Shown: positions 12,801-26,833 of the stretch, piece after piece
How positions within the stretch are numbered: the stretch's first letter is position 1
Layout: every line of letters starts with the position of its first letter
Assembly (NCBI GenBank): GCA_036172245.1
Contig: JAYWIR010000055.1
Location: 620,001-684,000 of the forward strand
From: Raillietiella orientalis
Taxonomy: Eukaryota
DNA: 64,000 bases
Reading direction: 5' to 3'
Translations under genes and position numbers: made by a program
Notes under the pieces: model-generated
Database searches by the model: none
The model's input: the letters and a program-made list of their open reading frames with translations, nothing else
What the model was told of the DNA's origin: nothing

Positions 12801-15800
12801 TGAAAATTTTTGAATATTCCCATCATTGTATACGCAATAATAATACCTATTCACAATGTACATTACCTGCGTATTTGATCATGGATAATCGATGAGCAAT
12901 AATGATAATGGTACGATCTTTCATTAAGTTCTGAAGAGCCTGCTGCACAAGAGCTTCATTGTGAACATCCAAAGAACTTGTAGCTTCATCAAAGATTAAA
13001 ATTTTTGGATTCTGATAAAAACATGGTGCAAAAAATTAGAAACAAAATCATAATAATAACCTTGATAATGGCTCGTGCTATTGCAATTCTTTGTTTCTGT
13101 CCACCAGATAATAATGCCCCTTGAGCACCGACTAAAGTATCCAATCCTTTTGGAAATTTTTGAACAAACTCAAGAACATTGGCTTGCTTCATTACTTCAA
13201 ATAACTTCTGTTCAGTAATTTCGTCTGCACATAAGGCTCCAAACAAAATGTTCTCACGCAATGAACCAGAGAACAAAGTGGGTTGCTGGCTTACTAAACC
13301 AATGTTTCTTCTCAACCACATGGGATTGAGATGTTTAATGTTGTACCCATCCAACATTAATTTTCCAGAATCAATATCGTAAAAACGGAGTAAAAGGTTA
13401 GCTACTGTACTCTTCCCTTGACCAGAAGGACCTACAACAGCTAATGTGCTACATGCAGGTATGTGCAAATCCAATCCAGAAAGAACAGCTAGTTCTGGTC
13501 GTTGAGGATAAGTAAACACCACTTGTGAAAACTGGATATGTCCTTCCAGAGGTTTATTGGGGCAAATACCTTGGTCCATTGCAATAACTGGTTTTTGATC
13601 TAACAGTTTCCATATATGAACACTAGCACCTAAGCCCCTCATAATATCTGCATAAAATGAGCTCAACATTCCCAATGACACACCCACATAGCCAGTGTAA
13701 GCCAAAAACGCAGCTAACTGACCTACAGTTATTTCAGACTTTGTTACTAGCATGCTTCCACTATACAGAACAGCTAGAGCAATTACATGTCCACTTAGTC
13801 CACTCTGCATCAAACATGAGAACAATGCTCAAACTGATCAAGACACTCACTAAAGCAAAAAAACTAGCCCTTGTTTTTGCTTCTTTTTTAAACAGCTGAA
13901 ACAATTCATCAATTGCTTTGCTATAATGATCTTGTGCTAACACATGCTGTCCAAATGCATGCACCGTTTTAACACCTACAAAATGCTCTTCAGCTACTTT
14001 TGAAGCAGAGGCCAAACCATCCTAGCAAATACCGATGCAAATAATTTCAAATATTAAATCTCAGCTTACGTACCTGCACTTTTTGGCTCATAACCTTCAG
14101 GTATCGTCCACAGAAAATTCCTACAACTGCTAAAGGAGGAATGAGTGATAAACTGATCACAGATAGCTTCACTGACATATAAAACTGAAAATCAAGGAAA
14201 CTTTGCTGCTTTCATTACACTTGCAAAATAGTTTGACAAACAAACTACACTGTAAAAAAATAAACTCAAATGATGATAATAATTAATAAATTACCGTTAA
14301 AGAATAAGTTTAAAATACATATTTCAATAATTAAAGAAATTAAAGGTATAATTATCCTTCAGATCACATGCAGTTGCATGCACCTTGCAAACCACACAAA
14401 CAAACCTTTACATACTCATTATTATTCTGCTCATACCATCATAGAAACACCAACAAATGCCATTGTAATTGACCGAAGTCCATTAGATACATTTTGTGTT
14501 ACTGTTTGTGCTACCAAAGAAGTATCCGTATTTAATCGACTCAATAACTCTCCAGTATGTTGTTTGTCAAAAAATGCAATATCTTGCTTTAGAATGCTAC
14601 CAAACAATTGCTTTCTCAAGTTCTGTACAACTTCTTGTCCTATAATAATAATTTAACAGGTCTGTAAAGCAAACAATAATTATACAAAGAAAAAAACTTC
14701 ATTTAATCTTATACAAAAGTATGCTCTGACTACTAATTACCATGAAACAAATTTTTTTCAGTTCAGCATAAAACGGACTATATCATGCATTAGAAATGTT
14801 TTTAAAGAATATCTCTACAAAAATACTATCATAAAACTACTCTAAAATGAACTAATACAAGTCCAGTTATCACAGCAGGACTATAAGATTCCGCAAAATC
14901 TGTGCAGAAAGAAATTCCGTAACAAAGAAACAAAAATACTTCAATAGTACAATGTCCCTTCAGTCATAACATGCATTTGGGCACAGAATGCAGTCAAAGG
15001 CTAGATTCTACATTTATTAAAGAAGGATTCGTGGATAACTGACATCAAGGGTTAAATCAAAAATGACGAAAAAAGGTATATTACTTAAATTTATTAAATT
15101 TATTTTCATTTTTCATAAAACTGCATGGCAGGCTATTGTATTGAAGATGTACCTTATTTAAATATATTGGAATTTATACCATTACATGCATAAAGTGATG
15201 AGATTTTTTCCATCACATCACAAAAAGATCCGAGTTTGAAGCAAAAAAATTTGAGCTATATTTTAGGTAAGAATATATCAGATACTAGTGAAAGGAACGA
15301 AATATGTGAAAGTGGTTTACAAAAAAATTGTATGGGGTTATTTATGTTCCTGGAATAAAAAATCAGACAAGAAACACATCAATTTCTTAGCAAATTTAAA
15401 ATATATTCTGCCAAACATGGGGGACTTTTTTTTTTTTTCACTACACAGGTCCCTAATTAACGATTTTTTTTTTTGTTTGACTGAAAAATTGATACTTATG
15501 AATGCAACCAATAAATTACTGCAAATCATATACTGAAAGTTCAGCTGCATATAAATTACAAGCATGCTTGTGTTGCAAAACTGCCAGAATATATGGGAAT
15601 AGAAATAGTTCTGAAGCAGTAACAACAAAATGAGCTTTCTATACCATAATCCTAGCAAAGCAATGCTTTTAATTCAATAGCCATAACCTACATGATTTTA
15701 AATACCAATGAAGGTTTTGTTTTTGTCAAAGTGTTGAATTTCTGGAATTCAATTATTCTTAAAAAATAGGGCATAATAGTATAAAGGAAATCAAAAACTA

Positions 15801-17577
15801 TAACTATTTGTTAAAACCGACTTGATTAAGAAATTGCTATTATTACCCTAACATATGGATTCTCCATAATGGAATACCACACGTTTACCCAGAAAAAGAA
15901 AAAAGAAAAATTCTAATCAAACAATGCATATTTGTATTTTTAAGAATTTCCAAATCCTATTTAATATAAAATGTTATATACTTTATGCAATAAAATTAAT
16001 TATCATGCAAGCTACCTATTTATACTTAGCAGAAAACAATGCTAAATTCTTACCAATCATTTGCATTAGATAAATTCTTCCAAAATTTGCTGCACTCCCA
16101 CAACAAAATATAAATATCAGCAGCAATAACATTTTTTTTACATTTTTCACTGATGTTTCCACAGATGTGCTATAAATGTAAGTGGAATCGATAATTTTCC
16201 CTAAACCAAATGGCACTGCCAATGTAATTCCACTAGAAATAAATAGAAGCACGACTGCTCCTGAAAGTAGATTTTACCACAATGTTAAATCTCTGAATAA
16301 ATTGTTGAAAATTTTAGTGACTCATAATCAAAAAATGGTGCAGAACTACGTATAATTTTTTGCCAACATCCTCAAAAATGTTACTTTTATAGGAATATCA
16401 AGGTTTTTTTTAAATAAATATTTCAAAAATACTGAAGTTAATATTCACACAAATACTTCCAATTATTTAACTTGAATTTTCCATTTTTGATAAAGCTAAG
16501 AAGCAGGCTGTTGAAGCTAAAATTATCTTAGATGCAGTAGTCTGCCTATTTACACACATTAGAATACATATCTTTACAGCTATAAAGTGCTCAGATTTCT
16601 CTCATACCATTGCAGCAAAATTCTGAATTAAAAAAAAAATGAATTAATCTATATTTCCGTTAACAATACATCAGACCCTAATGAAATGACCGAAATACTG
16701 AAAAGTGGTTTATAAAAATTAGTGTACCGATTACATATGTTCCTATTAGATAATATATGTAAATAAAACTAAAACCAATGCTTGCTAAACATTTTTGTAA
16801 TAAATTTTGATTTAAATCAAAATGAATCCGGAGTGCCAGGAAACGTAGCCTGTTAAGAATAGAAAATTAAGAATAAATTTAATGAATAGGATGATATATA
16901 ATCTTCAGCCAGCGCTTCTTTCAAAACTGAAAAAAACTGCCACAGTCATGGCTCAACTTAACTATCAGGAACACAGATGTATTGTCTGCTCACTATTTGA
17001 GTGCACTTTAAATTAGCAACTCGTTCAATATAACAAATTGCATGTATATGGAGCACTTTTAGAGATGCACTTTCAGTGAATTTCATTCACTTGAAGTAGA
17101 TTATCAAAGAAAGAGGAAGACAAACTCAGTAAAAAGTGTAACTGTATGTAATATGACTACATGTCTGCAAAAATCTTAATTGTATTTACAATTTCAACCT
17201 GAATATTAAGGAATGATCCAAAAAAAAATTCATATGGATTGGACATTTACTTTCGATTGCAGAAAATAATGTATTCGTGCCACGCAACCAAACTGTTCGG
17301 TAAATTCATGAATCAATCCATTACCTACAAGTTTCCATCTTATTGGCTTTATTAAAGATGACAACCTACAAATTGCCTCCCAGCTGGATATATTGTTCTG
17401 TTTTCCACTTTGTTGACTTGAAAATTTGCACTTTGTGAACTTCCCTGCCTTTATGAAACTGAACTTTGAATATTGACATCTTGTTACTTTCAGTTGATTT
17501 AGTCGAATATATATACCGCTTGAGCAAAATTTTTTTGATATTTGACATGCGGGTATGATCAAATGGTTGGAAATCAT
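9852..17577 (-). CDS. ABCB10: Mitochondrial ABC half-transporter, subfamily B member 10-like
   Basis: Exons approx. 17577-17325, 16260-16054, 14639-14437, 14184-14074, 14021-13851, 13804-13061, 13011-12867, 9973-9852. Basic Ser/Lys/Arg-rich N-terminus; TM motifs [37 protein letters not shown]; Walker [10 protein letters not shown], signature [14 protein letters not shown], Walker [14 protein letters not shown]-loop IAHRLS; last exon [15 protein letters not shown]...stop. Confidence 0.9.
10334..10371. repeat. Perfect 17-bp inverted repeat with 4-nt loop
   Basis: attagcatgaatcggca-ctta-tgccgattcatgctaat, inside the last ABCB10 intron. Confidence 0.95.
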
Positions 17578-17989
17578 TTCGAATACAGGTAATTTACTCT
17601 TTGAACAACTTGCTGAACATTGCTTCCGCTTGAAGAATCATTCGTGCTGCAAATAGAAAACAAGTAGAATTTACATATGTCGCATTTTCATGGTTCACTG
17701 ATGTACGATCCACGCAACATTTGGCTCAATAAGACTTTTCAATTGAACTGGGAAAGGGCGGTTCTCGTTGTGCCCAAGCAGTCAATTTGCCACTCATTCG
17801 CAACTATGGACTGACCATAGGAAAGCATTAATAAGAAAAATATTATGGTTGCTTATTATTCACCAACAGGGCTTACCCAGGCAATTCCATTGCAACGTGT
17901 AAAACAAATGACTTTAGCAACCGAGAATTCAACAACCTGCACTCCATGGTAAAGAACCGAACCTGACATTTTTTTTTTTTTTTTTTTTT

Positions 17990-20400
17990 AAAGTAGAGGC
18001 CACAGGCAGGAGGGAATCCTTTCATGAATACTTTATACAGATAGGGGGTTGGAAACTCGTACCGTACACACACTTGGGCACCAACCGGAACCGAATCGAC
18101 AAGGCACCTTCCTGGAGGTTACTCGGGAGGATCCCTTGGTGGACACACCGGAGCACCTCGTGGGCTGCAAATCCTCCAGAGAAAAGTGAAAGACCATGCA
18201 AGAAATATCCTCTCCCTCTCGAAGAGGATCCAAAAGCCTGTCCGAGTCGAATTGCAGCAGCTAGCGTCAACAACCATTTGTAGGTACAGAAACGGATCGG
18301 TTTCCTTGACTTGCAAGTTGCACCAGAAATCCGATTCACTTTTCTCATTTTTTTTCCTACCATTACTCGTCATGTGGCAATAATAAATATCGTATAATAA
18401 TGGCTGCTATTGGTGCCACATGCGTGCATTCAATTTTTTCCTCACTGTTCATGACGCCTTATTCTATACACCTCGTTTCTCCAGCCAGCCTCCTGCTGCC
18501 ATGCAGCAGCATGGGCACGTCGAGCCCCAGAGATAGGAATGGCACGTTCGGCATCCCTCATGAGATCCTGGAGCACCTAAGTACTCAAGGGGGGAAGGGA
18601 GAGGGGAAAAAGTCATTCTCCTCCTCCGTGACAAATCTTGCAGAAACCTGCGATCTCTCTCTTCACGTTGATCAACCGCCAAATCAACTGCCTTGATTCT
18701 TGATTCACCAAATCCATAGGGTGGTCACGAAGACTCTTGCACCTCTGTGTTTTTTGTTAACCGTCCGTATGAAATCCATCTTCTGAAAAGACATGTGAGA
18801 CAAAAGGAAAACTGCAAGCGTGAGATCACAAGTTAATCAGAGTGCAGTAATGACTTCCGAGTTTCCAAGGAAAGACGAGATCAATACCTCCGAGGCTTCT
18901 GATCTTAAGAGAGAAAAAAGTTGACTAATGAAATGTTATATGAAGCAGCTAATAAAAACTGAGGTAGAATATCAAAGCATGTTCTTTAACCTGAGGGAAC
19001 ACTTGTAAGATTAAACAAAAACTTGGCAAGAATTCATTTATCCTATTCAAGCCACAAAACAAGGCATAAGCTTATCAGAGAACTTATAAAGCGAATAAAA
19101 ATAAAACGATACATCACGACAGTTCCTTTTTTTCTTTTTTTTACCTTACAATGCTAAAGGCTTACTCATATTGAGCTGGATATCTTGAGCATCCCAGCAC
19201 GCAATCGAAGAAAATGAAACTTCAATCAATGTACTCTCTCTGTATCCCTATTTTTAGCAGGAAAACAAGGACATGTCGGTTTTCCTCCTGAAAACAATAT
19301 CTCTGATTTCCGTTCACTTTCTAGTTGATAACTTTGGCGAAGATGAATCAAAGTATTTGCAAAGTAATTGATAACCGGAGGAAAAAAGAATAACAGAGAA
19401 AAGAATCCCAATCTAAAAGTATCCAGCATGAAAAAACTAATGTAGTACATCTAATGAAAAGATCGAGGGATTAGAGAGGAGAAACGCTCGCAATAGCAGT
19501 GCTGCAAACAAAATAGTACCATAGATGGAATCTTCGAGAATTATGACATGGTTTGCAAACATATAGAATCAATCCAAGTCAGGCTGCTACAGAAACAAAG
19601 GCCACATCAAGAATATTCCATTTAGTTTGAGAGACCCTACCTTCCCAAGACCTTCCCACAAGTCGTCCATGAATGTCAAACTTTTTGTTCGTAACTCGGT
19701 AAGGGGACAACGATGACCCCTCTTAAACGGAACAAAGATCAAATAGGAGTGATTGTAAATTAGCTCAGACATGAGAAACAAGCTGCCAAATCCAAATCTA
19801 AATAACCTAAAATGACGGAAAAAATCTGCAGCAAGGCAATAAAGAGATGAGATTCTTGTTTATGCATCCAAGATGATTTCAACCCATCCAAGCAAGGAAA
19901 AGTTTCAACAAGATGCTTAGGTAAGTAATGTCCTCACAAGATGCCACGACGTTCATCTAAGCTAGAGTGGGAGGAATTCCCGATCGCTGTTTTCGAATCT
20001 AGTGACCTAGGTTTTGGAAGCTGAGAACATTTCACCGCCAATCGCTTTGGATGTTTTCCTCGTATGCTGATTACTTACTGATAAAGTGTTTGCCTGAGCG
20101 GCAAGCAATTACTGGCTCCAACTCCTGGTGGATCGAGGAGGCAACACATCTGATGGATGATGGTAATCATCCCATGTGTCTTTCGCTCATCATTATGCAG
20201 GAAACAGGGCTCCATCGTGGGATGATGGATTTCGTATTCCAAATTATTGGAACACGTAGAAGATTATAGAAGTAACCTTCGATAAAAGTCGAAGGTGGCT
20301 GAAATGACCGTGCGCGAACTTTAGAAGATAAGTGAAGTGATTTACGAAGCCTCATGGAACACAACGACGTCTCCAGCATCACAAACATACTTTCTTCACC
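17990..20400 (-). mobile_element. Decayed L1/Tx1-like LINE fragment(s): RT core and zinc-finger tail
   Basis: ORF 19587-19781 has KRGHRCPLT (RGxRQGCPLS-like), FMDDL (YADD-like) and LKLN. LEYLGAP (KYLG-like) lies at ~18.58 kb and LRCVHQGILP at ~18.14 kb resembles the zf-RVT lead-in. May be more than one insertion. Confidence 0.5.
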
Positions 20401-21214
20401 ACATCTGCAATTATTAGCAAACGCAGTAGTAACCCACAGTTTCGTTTTAAAAGAATAGATATAATGAGATTATCTCCAATTTAAGTAGATTATCTCAAAT
20501 TTATTAGCTGGTCATATGACGTCAGCATTTCCTGTTAAAGAAAATTCCAAGTTTTGCATTAAATCACGATCCACAGAAAATTAGAGACAGATTATCTACA
20601 TGAAAATCCTCACATTGAAAGTCATGGATTATTTCGATCGTCGTACACATTATTCGATTTCATGCCCTTTGTGCACATTGTAGGATAACCTTAAATGAAG
20701 AGTGTGATCTCTTTTCTGAAACTACATGGAATTCCCAAAAATCTCGATGCTACTCGAGATCATGAGCAAATAAACGACCTGTACAGAGATCGGCGTTCAA
20801 AGTGCATATTGCACGTACTAAAAGCACACTCAGCATGCGCTCAAATGGACAAAGCAAATAAAAGCTCAAAACTTGTCGTAAAAGAGATATTTAAAAGTTG
20901 GAAACATTTCGTTGGGGAGATAAGAAATCAAATATCAAGGAACTCGAGTGTGATCTTACACATTTAGTTCAACTTTATCTTTTTAGCACTTTTCTCTCGT
21001 TTAAGGGTACCCAAGATAGTGGTGAAATTTAAAATGTTGATTCCATTTAAAGGCGGAAACTGTCAATAATTAGGAAGTGATTCAGTGATGCGTTTTTCAA
21101 CTGAAAGAACGTAATGATGAAAAGTATCTATGGAAAGCCATTGAAGTTCCTATATATCCATATTCAGCTGTACTCGTGACCATTCCAATGAGGATTTTAG
21201 TTTGTGATGATGAT

Positions 21215-22520
21215 TCTGCTGTGCCGACCGCGAGACAAGGTGGGGACCGGGATGAAATCGCTCGAGCAATCCATGGATCTGCAGGACGTGCGACAAATCC
21301 TGGATCTTGCCGCCAAATGGGTCGAGTGGCCCTATGCGGCACACAGAGCCAGCTGCTCAACTATTCGAGAGGCCTGATGTCTGCCCTATTAGGCAAACAA
21401 GGACAGTGGGGAAGCATCGATCCCACTTGGAAGCGCAAGTAGGCACTGGGGAACACCCACGATCTCAAAATAGTGCCTAGAAGTAAAGAAATTTGGAGAG
21501 ACGAACTGGTGAAGATCATCCCATGCTTCCTGCGCGTCCCTTGGGGCACCAGAAGGAGGATGTTCGAGAAGCCAAGGATGACCATCAAGGACTGCGAACA
21601 GTTCGCAACCAGCAGTGACCGCCAGAAAATGCGACTCCTGCCTCAGCAAGAAGATGATGGGAAAATTTACCCATAAATATCGAGAGCTCTGGACAAATCA
21701 GGAATCCGAATGCTGGCGCCTGATCACCAGAGGAAACATCCAAGAAGCAGTGAAGAAGAATCCCGAAGAGGATGACGCTCTGTCTGTGGACGCTAGGTAA
21801 ACCTACTGGAGGTTGGAACCACGGTCTGGACGAGCGACTTACCACCCGATACTCAAGATGACCTCCTGCTGTTTTATCACGGAGGCATCCTAAGAGGCAC
21901 GAGGACGAGACACTGGTCAGGGAACGCGCAAGACGAGCTGTGCACGGCCTGTGGCGCCAGGGAAACCCAACTCCACGTGCTCACCTGCCCGACGCTGCAC
22001 TGGGGCTGGGCCAAGCTGAAGGAGGTGACAGCCCTGCAGAAGATGGACAAGATGGAGATCCTGGCAAGGATGTTTGAAGGGAACGGCAACGTTCCTCGAT
22101 ACAACCCAATGGTCCGCATCACTATCGCCCTGATTATCACGAACATCGTGGTGAGAAGGGCAAAAATGAGGACCCGAATGTGTGCCAGCTGTGGAAATAC
22201 TGAAAGGTCTAGTTAAAAGGGAAATAGGTATCAGAAGTTGTGGACGCATTCCCACTTGAACGTACTGTTACATCCTGCGAAGGATTCAGGGACATAGCCC
22301 AGTGAGTGAATTCCACACAAACCCAGTAACTGGATGCCCGAAGACCAACCCCTAAAGTGAAAAACAGTGAGAACTAGTGACATTAAAGAACCCTTGTGTG
22401 AATGAAAGTTGAAAATAAATTCACCCCACCGCAAGTCGGACTGGAGAAAAGTGATGATGATACTAAATGAATTCACCCTAATGATTGTTGGGGCTGGGGA
22501 CAATGATGATGAATCTAAAT
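21215..22520 (+). mobile_element. 5'-truncated non-LTR retrotransposon (post-RT region and CCHC zinc finger)
   Basis: LLCRPRDKVGTGMKSL (PxxxGGLG-like) at ~21.22 kb; LLFYHGGILRGTRTRHW...CTACGARETQLHVLTC (zf-RVT-type C-x2-C..H..C) at ~21.87-21.99 kb; ends near (gat)n and AATAAA at ~22.51 kb; more GC-rich than its flanks. Confidence 0.65.
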
Positions 22521-23585
22521 AAATCCCACTGCTGCTATATCAAAAACAGCCAGTGATGGCTACTCATTTCATTTGAGAGCAGTGACACATCTTTAAAATG
22601 TTGCTGTTTTGCACAATTCCAATCGAATCAAAAAGTTTTTACAAACGGGAATTAGAGAAGTCAACTGCATATCAAACTGTATGCAGAACTTTTTGATTTC
22701 ACTATTTCATTCAATTTCTCTATGTAAAGACAATCATTAAAGTATTTCTACAGATAGATGTCCGTGGTTTCCGTCACGGTTCTAAATGATAGCAAAAGTA
22801 TTGTGTATGCTATGTACGCGTATTATATTACTGCATCGAATTTACGATGTATGAGTTTTCATGACGATATTGAAAAATCAGATCGAGAAAACATTCTGGT
22901 CTATTGGATCTTTTCCTGTTTTCCTCGGCTGCCTGAAAGTGTTGAGGGTTTTCTTACCGTTTGCTTTGTATGCAGCAACTTCGAATTGGTTGAACTGAGT
23001 GATCTAATGGACTAAACAAACAAGCATTTCCAACTTTAGATAGTCAGTAGAGATATAACGATGTGAATACTGAGTATTTATTCTTATATTACATTCTCTC
23101 CTTTTCAGTATTCATTGGTCCGATGTTTCAATGTAACGTGAAGCACAGACTGATGATGTACTTTGTGTATGATCATGAACTGAGAGGTATTATACTTTTA
23201 ACACAAGTCATAAGTGGCTTTTATGCATTCCCTGCCTACTATGTGATCAAAAAACTAAATTCCGAGATATTTAATGAAATGCTTAGTATTTTGCAACTAA
23301 ATGAACATCTGCATTCTATATTACAAAGCAATTTTTTTCATTTTGAAACAGTCGGATTTAGTTATCCAAAAGCGTCTTTTATGAAAATTTACAATCAGAT
23401 CCAAAATGCTACTAAATTTTATTTTCGTAAGCAATACAAAAGTGAATAAAATAAGTTTCGACCAAGTTGTAAAAGAATTCACAGCCTAAGCATCAAATCT
23501 TCGCAATTGCATTTCGGCAATTCCTAGTCGTGAAATTTAATAAGATTAATTAGTCAGTGCATAGATGTCAGTATGAAAATGGAAA

Positions 23586-26542
23586 ATGGCTATGATTGTA
23601 GAAAATGAAATTAAGGATGATATTAAGACAAGATTTAAAACTCGCGAAGGTGTTTATAAATTAATGCCATTGTCGGAACTGTCGAGAGCTAATAAAATAG
23701 GATTTGGTGTTCAAGTGAATACTCCTGTGAAAGTCAGTTTTGTGAGATGCCTTGATTCCAGTGATACCAATGAAGATGCCATTTGTTTTAATTATGGGAG
23801 AGAACTCTGCATTTATAGATACAAGGAAATTCATAATGTAAGTGTGCTAAATGCGTAGCTTTTTGTATGTGTGCATCATAGGTGTTTCAGAGCATTTATG
23901 GAAGAATCAAAGCATCCAAGTGGAAGTTTTGAAACGTGTGCATGTTGCGATTAGGAGTATGTCTGTGTATACTGTCAACTTCTTACCTTATGTGTTAAGT
24001 TTGTATGGAACTATTTACTAATTATGTTTTCTTTGGTTATGATCATTTATGTTGTAAAGTTGATGTTTAGGTAGTAATCATGGTTTCCAGTTTGAAATCA
24101 ATGCTTAGGTGTTTTTCATGCATGTCTCTTCGTGTTTTGAATTAGTTTCCATCCACCATCCTTGTAATGTGATGTTTCAAATATTGCGAAAGTATACTTA
24201 AGCTTGCATCTAATTAATAACATTCCATGTGCATTTTCAAATGAACCCTGGGTCTATTCAGTGTGCTCATCCATCTGAAAGTAGCGGAATGCGTCCTTCT
24301 CCATCACAAATTCATTCTTTTGTTCAGTTTGCAATGTTACTTAATTATTAATCATTTAGGTCCGTTTCAGGAAAATTTATGCATTGTGTTTAATAAACGT
24401 TTATTTGTAAATCATTAAATTCGTGTTGCTTATCATCACTGCACCAGAATTCCATGTGAGAGTTATGTATGGCTACATTTTGTTTCCTGTAATTGTCTGA
24501 ATTCTTTTGGCTGACGAGTTCAGTTCAACAGTTGACCTGTTAACTGTTTTTCATTATCTATCAATATTTGGGTACAAGTGTGTGTGTACAACATTTGGTT
24601 TGAAAATTACTGGATTCACTTTGGATAGTCTTGAACTTGAACGGAAAATCTCTTAGTGAAATGGCTCAGGACAGGAGCACGAAGATATGACAGGAAAATG
24701 ATTATTTGCATAAATGTAGTATGCAGATCAGTTATGATTATTAATTATTTATTGGCTGACTGTTGTTGCATAATGTCAAAGTATTCTGCTTCCTTGTCAG
24801 TTTAATAATCAATGATTTGTATTGCATGGTTACATTACAGCATAAAAATGAAATTTTTCTTTTAAAGTTTCAATGCACTTTCAGGGTGCTGAACCATCAA
24901 AGCCCATTGATAAACGTGTTTATAAGGGGACAAATCCAACCTGTCATGATTTCAATAAATTGTCAGTAACTTCGGAATCCATTTTGCTGATTGTTGGATT
25001 CAGTGGAGGTCAAATTCAGTTAATTGATCCAATGAAAAGGGAATTCAGTAGACTTTATAATGAGGAAGTATGTTTTCATTTAGGTGTTGCATTCACAGTA
25101 TGCGTGCCTGTTGGAAGTAACTTATGAATTTATTTTACATATGACTGAGTGTTCATTACTGTGTGATTTTTTTTTATTTCAAAAGTAACTGCACAAAAAT
25201 TAGGAAAAAAAATTAGCAAAGTTAAAATTCTGAACTGTTTTCTTCATTTTTTAAAAAATGCATTTTTTATTGTATCTTATTAGGAGTTTTCTGCTTTTAG
25301 CGACAAATAGATAATAGCAAAGTTACCTGTTTAAAATGGTTGCCAACTTCTATGAATCAGTTTCTGGCTTCTCATAGTAGTGGCCACTTATATGTGTACA
25401 GTATTGATTTAATGTGTTCATCACCTTCACCAAACTATCAATTGCTTAAGCAAGGTGATGGATTCAGTGTTCATTCATCAAAGACTAAAACAATGAAAAA
25501 TCCCCTATATAAATGGTCAATAGGAGAAGGAAGTATAAATGAGTTTTCATTTTCACCTTGTTCTACATATTTGGCTGTGGTGTCTCAAGATGGATTTTTA
25601 AGAGTCTTTAATTTTTTAACTATGGAATTAGATGGAATGGCTAGAAGCTATTTTGGAGGATTTTTGTGTGTCAGTTGGTCTCCTGACAGCAAATTTATTG
25701 TGATGGGTGGTGAAGATGATCTTGTGACAATTTGGAGTTTAACAGAAAAGCATGTTGTTGCAAGAGGAGAAGGTCACAAGAGTTGGATTAGTGTTGTAAA
25801 ATTTGATCCTTATCTATCATCATGGAATGATAGTACTGAACTCAACGTATTGAATAATGTGGCGAATCATGGTTGCGTGAATTCATTTGGTAATTGCAAA
25901 AGTCCTAAATCTTCATTACATATTGAAAGAACGTATAATAAAGAATCAAACAAAACTCTTTCAAGTTACAGAATAGGATCAGTTGGACAAGATACGTACT
26001 TGTGCCTCTGGGACTTGAATGAAGACTTATTAAATCAACCATATTGTAAGCATAAAACAAATGTTTCTTTTAATTATAGTTCAGAATCGAACCAGTCAAA
26101 TGTAAAATTCAATCTTCATGAAAATCATCCATTTAAAGAGAACTCTATGGTAGACAGTAATGCCAATCACAAATCTAATAGTTTTCCAAATTCTCTGTCA
26201 CACAGATTTGGTATATCGTTAAATGAACGAAAAGATAAAGAGAATGTTTGCAAAAAGTGGATTTTTAACGGTAAAACTAGTGATAAAGTATCGTTAATGA
26301 AAAGTTTTCCCAGATTCCAAAATTCAAACTTTATGGAAAATTCAATTAAATATCTTGGGACACCTATTTGCCCCAGACTCGAGGATTGTCCTATGTTGGA
26401 ACCTTTAATATGCAAGAAGATTGCCCATGAAAGGCTGACTGCACTGTTATTTTGTTCAAAATGCATTGTCACTGCATGCCAAGATGGAATTATCAACTTG
26501 TGGGCACGCCCAGAACAGTTCATTGAAGATAAAATGGTGTAA
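23586..26542 (+). CDS. WDR20: WD repeat-containing protein 20 (WDR20/DMWD family, USP12/46 cofactor)
   Basis: Exons 23586-23837, 24885-25067 and 25301-26542 join in phase 0. Motifs IKTRFKTREGVYKL, KPIDKRVYKGTNPTCHDFN, VSQDGFLRVF, SYFGGFLCVSWSPD, GGEDDLVT, GHKSWISVVKFDPY, YRIGSVGQDT, LEPLICKKIAHERLT, WARP. Confidence 0.93.
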
Positions 26543-26827
26543 CATGAACACCTGTACTGTTGCATTTAAAATATATGCTACAATAGAGTGTGTTATGTTA
26601 GGGTTCTTTCTTTTTTATTTCAGTCAAGTGATGAATGCAGTGAATCTCGATTGAAAAGTTACATATTGTAAGTTCTGTAACACATGCATTGTACGGCATC
26701 GTATGCTACAGAATGTTACGTATGTAACTTACATACTCATGTGCATATGGTATCATACCACATATATATACGTATGTATATGATAATGTAACGTTATTGA
26801 TCATTATTTATAGGATACTTTTGAAGA

Positions 26828-26833
26828 AATAAA
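26828..26833 (+). terminator. Probable WDR20 polyadenylation signal
   Basis: AATAAA about 290 nt after the stop codon, at the end of the AT-rich tract. Confidence 0.5.

Noticed and set aside
26167..26565. Antisense 132-aa ORF over the WDR20 last exon
   Set aside because: Shadow ORF of the coding strand with no independent evidence.
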